Assembly (NCBI GenBank): GCA_041613315.1
Contig: JBFJHJ010000009.1
Location: 11,607-75,606, forward strand
Length of the DNA: 64,000 bases
Direction of reading: 5' to 3'
DNA from: Gemmatimonadales bacterium
GTDB lineage: Bacteria > Gemmatimonadota > Gemmatimonadetes > Gemmatimonadales > GWC2-71-9
Shown here piece by piece: positions 39,419 to 48,175 of the stretch (positions are counted from its first letter, which is position 1; every line of letters begins with the position of its first letter). Both the position numbers and the translations under genes were made by a program. The notes below the pieces were generated by a model. It was not told the DNA's origin, did not search any database, and saw nothing but the letters and a program-made list of their open reading frames with translations.

Positions 39419-40318
39419 ATGCTCGACGTCGTGCTGGCACACTTCTGGGTCAGGTCGACGGCGCGACTCGCGCTCGCGGTGTCGCTCGTCGTGACTCCCG
39501 GTGCGGGCGGTGCACAGCAGCCGCCGGCGCCCACCTCGGTGGGCGACCACGCGACGGTGCTGGGCGTGAATGTCGCCCTCGGCGGCGTCACGGCAGGCGT
39601 CTTTCAGCTCTTGCGGGGTGGCTCCTTCGGGAAGGGGTTCCTCGGCGGCAGCCTGGGCGGGGCGGTGGTGTACGCCGGCAAGCGGGTCGCGGGCCAGCAG
39701 TTCGACGGCGCCGGGCTCGTGGGTCGAGAGTTGGCGGCGGTCGGCAATTCGCTGGTCTACAACGCGGCCGAGGGAGGGCCGCTGCTCGAGCGCTTTATCG
39801 TGCCCCTGGGACCCATCCCGGTTCGCCTGCACCTCACCACGACCGGTGGGTTCGGTGTCCGGCCTACGGTGGACCTGGCCTCGGCGGGAGCGATAGTGTA
39901 CGGCCTCGTGGCGCCCGACGTTCGATTGGACATGGGTAGGAGCGTGTCCTCGGGCGCCGCGGTCTTCGTCCGGCCGGCCCGGCTACGGCCGCCGGGGACG
40001 GTGGTGGGAGGGCTTCCGCCGTCCGAGCGCATCGCGACGACAGTGGGGAGTGTCATCTTCCTCACGATCACCGCCGATGGCGACGCGCGCGTGCTCGCCC
40101 ACGAGCAGGTTCACGTGCTCCAGTTCGACTTCGTGCTGGCGGCGTGGAGCGACCGCCTGGATGCCGCCATGTGGGACGGCGTCGCGGTCTTCGACCGGTA
40201 CCTCAGACTCAACACGCTGGCGACCGTGTTGGGCGTGGCCAGCCGGACGCTGTTCCTCCCGCAGGACCGAGACGGACTGCCGTGGGAGGTCGAGGCACGT
40301 CGCTTGGCCGGCCGATAG
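39419..40318 (+). CDS. Hypothetical exported/membrane protein
   Basis: Signal-like N-terminus ending AGA-Q, Gly-rich helices, AHEQVH (HExxH) and PWEVEAR motifs. Confidence 0.6.
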   Translation: MLDVVLAHFWVRSTARLALAVSLVVTPGAGGAQQPPAPTSVGDHATVLGVNVALGGVTAGVFQLLRGGSFGKGFLGGSLGGAVVYAGKRVAGQQFDGAGLVGRELAAVGNSLVYNAAEGGPLLERFIVPLGPIPVRLHLTTTGGFGVRPTVDLASAGAIVYGLVAPDVRLDMGRSVSSGAAVFVRPARLRPPGTVVGGLPPSERIATTVGSVIFLTITADGDARVLAHEQVHVLQFDFVLAAWSDRLDAAMWDGVAVFDRYLRLNTLATVLGVASRTLFLPQDRDGLPWEVEARRLAGR

Positions 40319-40335
40319 GCGGCGCCACGCTCCCG

Positions 40336-41289
40336 ATGGATTTTCGTGAGGTCGTGCCCGAAGCGGAGCGCCGCATTCGGCCGCACGTGCGGGAGACGCC
40401 CCTCGTCCGATCCCCGCCTTTCAACGACGCCACTCGGGCCCGGGTCGCCTTCAAGCTCGAGAACCTCCAGCACACGGGGTCGTTCAAGCTCCGAGGCGCC
40501 GTCCACAAGCTGCTGACGCTCTCGGCCGACCAACGCGCGCGCGGTGTCGTCGCCGCCTCCACCGGAAATCACGGCGCGGCGATCGCGTACGCTGCGTCCC
40601 GCCTGCACACGCCGTGCCGCGTGTTCGTACCCGAGCAGGCGTCGCCCTCCAAGCTCGATGCGATCCGCCGCTCCGGGGCGGTGGTGGAGGTCTACGGTAT
40701 CGACAGCGGTGCGACCGAGACGCACGCGCGCGCCGTGGCCGGGGAGCAAGGGCTGGCGTACGTCTCGCCGTACAACGATCCAGCCGTGGTGGTGGGGCAG
40801 GGGACGATTGGGCTGGAGCTCGCCCGGCAGGCCGACCGAATCGATGTCCTGTACGTCGCGCTGGGTGGTGGCGGGCTCGTCTCGGGCATCGCCGGGTACC
40901 TCCGGACGCTCTGGCCGGGCGTGCGTGTGGTGGCGTGCTCGCCCGAAGCCTCGCCGGTCATGGTCGCGTCGGTTCGGGCCGGGCGGATCCTCGAGATGGC
41001 GTCCCAGCCGACGCTGTCCGATGGCACCGCGGGGGGCATCGAGCCGGATGCGATCACCTTCGATCTCTGCCGGCGCCTGGTGGACGAGTACGTCCTGGTC
41101 TCGGAGACGGAGATCGCGGAGGCGATGCGGCGCTATATGGACGCGCACGACGACGTCATCGAGGGCGCCGCCGGCGTCGCGGTCGCCGGCCTGCTCAAGA
41201 CGGCGGACGCCTGTCGTGGGCGGCACGTGGTCGTGGTGATCTGCGGCGGCAACATCGGTCGCGACGTGCTACAGCGCGTGCGCGGATGA
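40336..41289 (+). CDS. PLP-dependent threonine/serine dehydratase family protein (no ACT domain)
   Basis: KLENLQHTGSFKLRGA, ASTGNHG, GQGTIG, GGGGL, ICGGN. Confidence 0.92.
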   Translation: MDFREVVPEAERRIRPHVRETPLVRSPPFNDATRARVAFKLENLQHTGSFKLRGAVHKLLTLSADQRARGVVAASTGNHGAAIAYAASRLHTPCRVFVPEQASPSKLDAIRRSGAVVEVYGIDSGATETHARAVAGEQGLAYVSPYNDPAVVVGQGTIGLELARQADRIDVLYVALGGGGLVSGIAGYLRTLWPGVRVVACSPEASPVMVASVRAGRILEMASQPTLSDGTAGGIEPDAITFDLCRRLVDEYVLVSETEIAEAMRRYMDAHDDVIEGAAGVAVAGLLKTADACRGRHVVVVICGGNIGRDVLQRVRG

Positions 41290-41298
41290 GCCGCCGCC

Positions 41299-42234
41299 CT
41301 ACGGGCCGTTGTGACGCCCCGGGTCGCCTTCGAGCAGTTCCAGCAGGTCTTTGGCGAAGAGCGACGTGAACTCGATCGCCATCTCGAAATGGTCTTCGAG
41401 GACGTCCAGAAACGGTTCGAGGTCGATGCGGAGCCCGACCACCGGTCCGTCGGCGACGGCGTCATACCACCGGAGTGCGGTGGCCAGCGTTTCGTGCATC
41501 CCGAGCGTCGTCGTCGGGCCGCCGCCAAAGGGGCGCGCCAGCTCGCCCGCCGAACACGAGACCGCGCCGCCCGCGATCAGCAAGAACCACGTGGCGGGCT
41601 CGTCGCGACGCCAGGCGGCCTCGCCCGCGGCGTAGCGCAGCTCCACGACGTGCCGCGCCAACTCCGACAGCGCGTCCACGCTGCTCGAGGGGAACGCCGG
41701 CGCGCCGCGCAGCGCCAGAAGGCGCTCCACCAGGTTGAGCCGACGCTGGCCGGGCGGTAGCGTGCGCCCTTCCGCCGGTCCCAACCGCTGAGCCGTCGGC
41801 CGCCGCCTGAACTCCCCGAGCAGTCGTTCGGCGAGATAGCGCACGTACTGGAGCAGGATGGGGAAGTGCTGCTCGCAAATGTCGAGCTGCGCCTCCCAAT
41901 CCAGCCGGAGCGCCAAGGTATCCGCGTCCGCCCGGGCCTCGATCCCGCGGGCCGCCTGGGCGAGCAGGTGGTGGAATCCCACGGCGTCTCCCGGTCCCGC
42001 CTCTTGCGCGCTCCGGCCGAGTCGCGTGACCGTGACCCGCCCATCGATCACGAGATAGAAGGCCTCCGCAGGCCATTCGGGTCGCAGCAGGTAGTTGCCG
42101 CGCGGGAAGAACTGTTCCTGCGCGTGCTGGGCGATCGTGCCGAGCTGGGTCGGTGTCAGCCGATCGAGCGCCGGCATCGTCCGGAAATGGAGGATCCGGT
42201 CGAGGGGCCCCACAAAGACGGTGCGTTCAGGCAT
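41299..42234 (-). CDS. Protein with two cyclic-nucleotide-binding (cNMP) domains
   Basis: Two repeats of the ER.L.L...P.F..L...L..IA......F.G...... FYLVIDG.V....GPG..VG pattern; overlaps the upstream NTT-HEAT gene. Confidence 0.78.
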   Translation of the reverse strand: MPERTVFVGPLDRILHFRTMPALDRLTPTQLGTIAQHAQEQFFPRGNYLLRPEWPAEAFYLVIDGRVTVTRLGRSAQEAGPGDAVGFHHLLAQAARGIEARADADTLALRLDWEAQLDICEQHFPILLQYVRYLAERLLGEFRRRPTAQRLGPAEGRTLPPGQRRLNLVERLLALRGAPAFPSSSVDALSELARHVVELRYAAGEAAWRRDEPATWFLLIAGGAVSCSAGELARPFGGGPTTTLGMHETLATALRWYDAVADGPVVGLRIDLEPFLDVLEDHFEMAIEFTSLFAKDLLELLEGDPGRHNGP

Positions 42235-45010
42235 CGAGCGCGCTCCCGAGAGGCGGGCCGCCGAGCGCGGTGGAGGCGAAGGCTAAGATCTCGGCGTGAT
42301 CGTCGGAGAGCGCCAATCGACGGCGGAGGAGGGGCTCCATCCCATCCAACCCCAGCTCGGCAACGTGATATGCGGCCAGACTGCTGAGGGACTCGGTCGT
42401 GCTCCCGACGAGTTCCGCCAGCACCGTCTCGTACGCGTCGAGCTCGACGTCCTCGCCGCCCCGGAGCGCCGCGCCGCGTGGCTCGTAGAGATCGTCAATC
42501 AGCGTCAAGAGCGGTTCCCGCACGGGCGCGAACACCAGGTGTTCGAGTAGCTCGCGGCTGCTCGCCCGCGATTCGCGGCGTGGGCTGTTGAGCCCGCGAT
42601 AAATGTGGAGGAAGTCCTCGTTGTCTGCCTCCAGATTGAGGAGGCGGAAGAGGCGCTCCAGGGCATGGTTTTGTTTGTCGCGCAGCAGGAGGATCAGCAA
42701 CTCGTACACGGCGGTGCGCCGTCCCGGGTGCGTCGTGGCACCGTGCTCCATCGCGTGGCGCCAGCGCATGAATCGGAACGCGACGGCCAGCGTCTGCTTG
42801 CTCGCCTGGGCCAGGAGTCCGGTATCGAGGGGCAAGGCGGGCTGCTCCTGTCGGAGACGGCCAAGGGACCGGAGGATCTTGAAGCGAATCATGCCGTCGG
42901 GCTCGTGGAGCAAGTGTTTCACGAGGAGATCGGCCGCGGCCACGGTCGCAAACGTGGCGATCGCGCGGGGCAGGTGCCGGCGGATGCCGTGCGAGAGGTT
43001 GTGATCCTTGAGCCCCGTGCCGAGCCGAGCGAGCGCGGTCGGCCCCAGCGCCGCTAACGTGGTGCGCGCCTCGTCGCGCAGGACGCGTTCCGCCAGCATG
43101 GTGACCAGGACCGGGATGAACGTGGGGCTCCGCACCTCGCGCATCGCGCGCACGGCCTCCAGCCGCACGTCGACTTCGCCACGGGCCGCGAGGGCACGGA
43201 GCGCGCCTTCGAAGACGGCCGCCGGCTGATGGCGCACGGCTTGGGCCAGCGCGAGGCGGGCCTCGGCGGAGCCCTCGCTGACGATGCGTTGCAGGGCGGC
43301 CTCCGCCTGCGCGCGGCCCAGCCAGCCGCCGGCGATGAGCCCTACCAGGGCCGTCGCCCGGACCTCCGCGGCGCGGTCGCGCAGGCCGCCGCGCAAGCGG
43401 CCTTCGTCGGGCGCGAGCACGGACTGGAGTCGCAGACTGCCGGCGCGTATCTGCGGGTTGGGATGGTTCAGGAGCCGATCTACGATCGGCAGGACGTCGA
43501 GCCGTCCCGAGCGGATGAACAGCTCGAGCGCGTGTACGACGACCGGCGGCGAGGGGTGGTACAGAATGAGCGCCGGGATCACTCGCACTTTCCCCTGTGC
43601 GGTCAGCATGTCCAACGCTGCCATCACCTGACGGTCGTGGGGGGCGTTGAGCGTGCTGAGCAGGGTCTCGAGTGACGCGATGTCCAGCGCCGGGAACTCG
43701 ATCCGGGTCTCGGTGATCTCCTCACTCAGCGTCTCGCGGAAGACGTCGAGATAGTGCGTCCGCAGATCGAGGGCGAAGAACAGCCATACCGCCGCGGTGA
43801 GCGAGGCCATCCCGGCAAACACGACCTCCCGGGTGGTGGCCGCGAGGGTGATCAAGATGAGCAACGACGCCAACGCCTGGCCGCCGCGCTGGCCGAGAAC
43901 GTCGATGAACGCCTTCACGCGCGCGCGGAGCTCCGGCGCCATGGGCACGAAGAGCAGCTCGGTGCCCGTGCGGTGGAGCGAGTGCCGCAGGCTGCCGTCC
44001 ACGCCTTTGAGGAGGAGCACCACCGCGAGGGTGCCCGCGATCACGAAGCCCACCGCGCCGAGGAGCAAGAGTGCCGGCGCGAATGCCACGGCGATGTTCA
44101 CGCCGAGGCGGCGGATCAACCACGCGACGATGAAGACCTGCACCCCCAGGGACAGCACGTTCAGCGTCAGATACACGCTCGCGAAGAATTCGCCCAGCTC
44201 GCCCGGCGCCACCAGCCGCGCCACGGTCATCTTGAACACGAAGTCCACGAGCGTGAACGTCACCGTCGCCAGGAGGACGAGGATCGCCACGCGGCGCAGG
44301 TACGGCCGAGACCAGACGATCTGTCCCACACGGGTCACGTCCCATCTCACCGCGGTGGTCGCACCGGGTTCGGCGGACGGGCCGCCGCTCAAGAGCCGCG
44401 GGCCCCACGACGCCACGAGGAACACGGCGGCGGCGGCGAGCACCACGTACTGCGCCGCAACCAGGCCGGTGAGGAGCCGCGCGATCGCGGAGCCGACGAT
44501 CGCCCCCATCACGCTCCCCGACCCGATCACCGCAAAGACCCGCTTGGCTTGCGTCAGCGTGAAGAGACTGCCCAGGACGGTCCAAAAGCGCACCACCACC
44601 AGCGTCGCGAGCACGCCCGACCAGGTGTAGAGCGCATAGAACACCCAGTCGCCCGCCCAGCCCACGAGCAGCCAGAAGCCGAACGTGATCACCGCCGACA
44701 CGATGAGCCAGGCGCTGAGCTCGTGGCGATGCGCGAAGCGCCGCAGGATACGTGGTTGCCGCTCGGTGAGCGCGAGCGCCACGACGGCGATGGCGAGATA
44801 GACCCAGGGGAGTTGCGACGCCGGGAGCCTCGCGAGAAAGAGTGCGTCGCGGGCCGTCTCGAGCAGGGCGTGCCCGGCCATGAACCCGAACAGCGTGAGA
44901 AACGCCCCGAGGGCGTCTCGCCGCTCATCAGGGCGGATCCGGGCGACCGACCCCAAGATCCGTGCCGAGAGCATGTTGACGACGACCGAGTTTCTTGCCC
45001 TGGCGGTCAC
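42227..45010 (-). CDS. NTT/TLC (Npt1/Npt2-like ATP/ADP translocase family) membrane domain fused to HEAT repeats
   Basis: About 12 TM helices with LETARDALFL, FWTV..LFT..QAKRVF..IG.G, LRHSLHRTGTELLFVP...RARVKAFIDV..QRGG; then HEAT repeats (HP.P.VR..AL); SD AGGA before the GTG. Confidence 0.8.
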   Translation of the reverse strand: MTARARNSVVVNMLSARILGSVARIRPDERRDALGAFLTLFGFMAGHALLETARDALFLARLPASQLPWVYLAIAVVALALTERQPRILRRFAHRHELSAWLIVSAVITFGFWLLVGWAGDWVFYALYTWSGVLATLVVVRFWTVLGSLFTLTQAKRVFAVIGSGSVMGAIVGSAIARLLTGLVAAQYVVLAAAAVFLVASWGPRLLSGGPSAEPGATTAVRWDVTRVGQIVWSRPYLRRVAILVLLATVTFTLVDFVFKMTVARLVAPGELGEFFASVYLTLNVLSLGVQVFIVAWLIRRLGVNIAVAFAPALLLLGAVGFVIAGTLAVVLLLKGVDGSLRHSLHRTGTELLFVPMAPELRARVKAFIDVLGQRGGQALASLLILITLAATTREVVFAGMASLTAAVWLFFALDLRTHYLDVFRETLSEEITETRIEFPALDIASLETLLSTLNAPHDRQVMAALDMLTAQGKVRVIPALILYHPSPPVVVHALELFIRSGRLDVLPIVDRLLNHPNPQIRAGSLRLQSVLAPDEGRLRGGLRDRAAEVRATALVGLIAGGWLGRAQAEAALQRIVSEGSAEARLALAQAVRHQPAAVFEGALRALAARGEVDVRLEAVRAMREVRSPTFIPVLVTMLAERVLRDEARTTLAALGPTALARLGTGLKDHNLSHGIRRHLPRAIATFATVAAADLLVKHLLHEPDGMIRFKILRSLGRLRQEQPALPLDTGLLAQASKQTLAVAFRFMRWRHAMEHGATTHPGRRTAVYELLILLLRDKQNHALERLFRLLNLEADNEDFLHIYRGLNSPRRESRASSRELLEHLVFAPVREPLLTLIDDLYEPRGAALRGGEDVELDAYETVLAELVGSTTESLSSLAAYHVAELGLDGMEPLLRRRLALSDDHAEILAFASTALGGPPLGSALDA

Positions 45011-45241
45011 GGGTTTCCTAACACGTTGGCGGACTTCACGTTATACTTCGTGGCGATCGTCTGATCGCGCTGGTCGCCCGGGCGGGCGCCAGGAGACACG
45101 TTCTTGCACTCTGACAAGATGCCGACCGGGCGGCGCGAAACTGTGATCTTTGCCGATACCTGGAAGTCCAGATTCCTTGTATGTTATCGCCAGAGGCCGT
45201 CCCGGTTTCAGGGGGGGCCCCTTTTTCGTTACGGACGACCA

Positions 45242-48175
45242 ATGCCACGTTTGCTCACGACTGCCTGGGTGGTACTCCTGCTGGCGGCCCCTGCCATCCG
45301 CGCCGCGGCCCAGAGCTTCCCCCCGCCGCTCACCGACGCCGAGATCCGAGAGGTCACGAGCGCCATCGAGGCGATGAAGGCCGACGCCCGGGGGCCCTAC
45401 CTCCGGATCCGGTGGTTCTGCAATGACGGGAGCGTCGAGCCCCCCCAGGGCACCCCCTGCCGCGAGCGGGGTGGTGGCGTGCAGTACGCCGAGTTCAACG
45501 AGCGGGCCCGGCGTCTGGCCGAGCTCAATTTCCACGTGGGGACGATTCTCCAGGCCGTCACGTTCGAGGACCTCTTCGACTCGGCGCAGGCCCACTATCG
45601 CCTGCGCGAGCTCATAGTCGCGAAGTACCTGTTCGACGTGGACGACGGCTGGGCGCTCCGCCAGGCACAATTCTATCGCGGCGCCCGGCAGATCGAAGAC
45701 GAAGAGCGGACGGGGCACGCGCTGCTGGAAGGGCTGCTCGGGCGGCCCGAGTGGACCGCCGCGCACTATCTGTTGGCCGTCCGGCTCGTGGCCACGATCC
45801 CGCACGTGACACTGGGCGGTGACCAGCTCACGTACCGTATTCGGAATCTGGCGACGGAAGCCGCCGAGCTCGACCAGAGCTTCCTGCCAGTGCGGGTCAA
45901 GATCCACTCGTTCCCCTCGCGCGAGGACCTCGAGGCGGTCGAGCGGCATCTCGCCTCCGTGACGGCGCCGGCGGTGCGCGCGAAGCTCACCGAGTTGCGC
46001 GACGAGCTCCGCCGGCAGTACGACCCGCGGCGCAATCTCGAGAGCCTGGCCCAGTACCGGCGGCGGCTGCGGGGTACGCTGGGAGACGAACTGGCGGCGC
46101 TCGAGCGGAGCTTCGCGCAGGGGGACCAGCGGGGTGCGTTCGCGCAGATCGCCGGGCTGGCGCCGAAGATCCGCCAGCTCGTGACCACGGGCCGCGACGG
46201 CCGCGTCAACCTCGTGCTGATGGATCTGGGCCTTGCGCTGCAGGAGCAAGCGTTCCTGCTCGCGCAGGACCTCGTGCGCGAGCCGGGGCCGACGAGTCGC
46301 AGCGAACGCCTGCGGCGGCTCTCGGACTACCTCGCCATCGCCCACGGCGCCGGGTTCCTGTCGGCCCGCGAACGTGACGCGCTGGACCGCGAAATCGCGC
46401 GGCTGCGGACGGAGGTGCCGCCAACGGCCCTCGAGTACAAGACCGCGCTCGGCTACCTCGGCCGGAGTCTCGACTGGTCGGCGGGGACGGTTCGGAGCTA
46501 CTTCGGGCCGGTGATCCAGCGCTACCTGCCGGTGGCGCCCAAGGTCGTGGGATTCCCCGACGCCGTCATGCGCGGCTCGGTGCTGCTGCCCCTCTCCCAG
46601 GCGCTCGACGTCCTGGATACCGACGCCGATCGCGTGCTGGGTGCTTCCCACGAGATCTTCGGGCAGCGGGTCAGCCAGGGGGTCCGTGGACTCAACCCTG
46701 GAGTCGTCCGCCGCCCGCTGGAGATCCTGGAGCCCGAGCGTGCGCACGCGGCGGTCGAGCCCACGAAAATCTACGTGGTGCCGGCAACGACGCCCGAGCT
46801 CAAACCCGTGGCCGGCGTGCTGACGCTCGATGCCGGCAACCTCCTGTCCCACGTGCAGCTGCTCGCCCGCAACCTCGGCATCCCAAATGCGTCCGTGTCG
46901 TCGTCGCTGCTGCCGGTCCTGCGCTCGGCCCGCGGCACCGAGGTGTTCTACGCCGTCTCGCCACTCGGCCGCGTTTTCCTCAAGCGGCCGGGGGAGATGA
47001 CGCCGGAGGACGAAGGGTTGCTCGACGGCGGGCGCGACGTCAAGATCGAGAAGATCCGTCTCGACACCTCGCGGCTCCGGCTTGATCGGACGGCGCCGCT
47101 CCCGCTGTCGGAGCTTCGGGCGGACCTGTCCGGCGTGTACGTCGGGCCGAAGGCGGCGAATCTCGGGCAGCTCGCGGCGTACTTCCCGAGCCGCGTCTCG
47201 CGTGGCGTCGCGCTGCCCTTCGGGATGTTCGTCCGCCACGCGAACCGCCCCTTCGGGTCGGACCGGCCGATGCTCGAGGATTTGGAAGCGGCGTACCGCC
47301 ACGCGGCGGCGATGCGGGCGGCCGGGATGTCCGAGGAGGAGATCGATCGGTACATGTTCCGGGAGCTGGCCCGCGTGCGGAAGGCGATCCTCGACCTGCC
47401 CTGGCTGCCCGACGTCCGTGACGCGGTCGTCGATGCGGTACGCGTGACGTTCGGTGGCGATCTCTCGGGCGGTGTGTTTGTGCGCAGCGACACCAATGTC
47501 GAGGACCTGCCGCAGTTTTCCGGCGCGGGGCTCAACCTCACCGTCCCCCACCAACGAACGCTCGAAGACGTGCTGGCGTCCATCAAGCGCGTGTGGACCT
47601 CGCCGTTCAGCGAGCGGGCGTATCTGTGGCGCAAGCAGATTCTGGAGGAACAGGGGCGGATCTACCCGTCGGTGCTCCTGCTCGAGAGCGTCCCGTCGGA
47701 GAAGTCGGGCGTGATGATCACGTCGGGCCTCCAGTTCGGCGATTCGGACGATCTGACGATCGCCACCGCCGAAGGCGTGGGTGGCGCGGTGGAAGGCGAG
47801 GAGGCCGAGATGATCGTCGTCGACTCGGCGGGCACGGTGACGCTGCTGTCCCAGGCCAAGGCGCCGGTGCGGCGGGTGCTCGTGGACCGTGGGGTGGCGA
47901 CGGTGGTGGGGCGGCTGCCGGACGTCCTGCTGCGCCAGGCGGACATCGCCACGCTGCGGGCGGTGGCGGCCGAATGGCAGGCGCGCTTCGCCCCGGGCGA
48001 TGCGTCGCAAGTGTGGGACATCGAATTCGGGTTCGTCGGGGACACGCTATGGCTATTCCAGATTCGACCGTTCGTGCGGTTCCGGAGCAGCGCCCTCCTG
48101 ACGCGGTTGCAGGTGCTGGATCGCGACGTCCTGGAGCGAGCGGACCGACGGGTCGCGCTGGTGGAGCGGATCTGA
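45242..48175 (+). CDS. Exported PEP/pyruvate-binding (PPDK_N ATP-grasp) dikinase-like protein with phospho-His domain
   Basis: Signal peptide MPRLLTTAWVVLLLAAPAIRAAA-Q; His-swivel GNLLSHVQLLARNLGIPN; C-terminal GPKAANL, GVALPFG.F, VRSDTNVEDLPQFSGAGLN, VWTSPFSERA, SGV, DIEF, QIRP. Confidence 0.85.
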   Translation: MPRLLTTAWVVLLLAAPAIRAAAQSFPPPLTDAEIREVTSAIEAMKADARGPYLRIRWFCNDGSVEPPQGTPCRERGGGVQYAEFNERARRLAELNFHVGTILQAVTFEDLFDSAQAHYRLRELIVAKYLFDVDDGWALRQAQFYRGARQIEDEERTGHALLEGLLGRPEWTAAHYLLAVRLVATIPHVTLGGDQLTYRIRNLATEAAELDQSFLPVRVKIHSFPSREDLEAVERHLASVTAPAVRAKLTELRDELRRQYDPRRNLESLAQYRRRLRGTLGDELAALERSFAQGDQRGAFAQIAGLAPKIRQLVTTGRDGRVNLVLMDLGLALQEQAFLLAQDLVREPGPTSRSERLRRLSDYLAIAHGAGFLSARERDALDREIARLRTEVPPTALEYKTALGYLGRSLDWSAGTVRSYFGPVIQRYLPVAPKVVGFPDAVMRGSVLLPLSQALDVLDTDADRVLGASHEIFGQRVSQGVRGLNPGVVRRPLEILEPERAHAAVEPTKIYVVPATTPELKPVAGVLTLDAGNLLSHVQLLARNLGIPNASVSSSLLPVLRSARGTEVFYAVSPLGRVFLKRPGEMTPEDEGLLDGGRDVKIEKIRLDTSRLRLDRTAPLPLSELRADLSGVYVGPKAANLGQLAAYFPSRVSRGVALPFGMFVRHANRPFGSDRPMLEDLEAAYRHAAAMRAAGMSEEEIDRYMFRELARVRKAILDLPWLPDVRDAVVDAVRVTFGGDLSGGVFVRSDTNVEDLPQFSGAGLNLTVPHQRTLEDVLASIKRVWTSPFSERAYLWRKQILEEQGRIYPSVLLLESVPSEKSGVMITSGLQFGDSDDLTIATAEGVGGAVEGEEAEMIVVDSAGTVTLLSQAKAPVRRVLVDRGVATVVGRLPDVLLRQADIATLRAVAAEWQARFAPGDASQVWDIEFGFVGDTLWLFQIRPFVRFRSSALLTRLQVLDRDVLERADRRVALVERI

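Noticed and set aside
45142..45157. CRP-like site (TGTGA) in the divergent promoter region
   Set aside because: Only one half-site; the second half (CCGAT) does not match TCACA.
45104..45241. Longer N-terminus of the dikinase ORF from TTG 45104
   Set aside because: The extension has atypical composition, covers promoter-like sequence and would bury a clean signal peptide starting at ATG 45242.
45041..48010. 989-aa antisense ORF, and similar long shadow ORFs such as 3239-5455, 19015-21072 and 22072-23910
   Set aside because: They are stop-poor reverse frames of real GC-rich genes, Arg/Pro/Gly-rich and without recognisable motifs.
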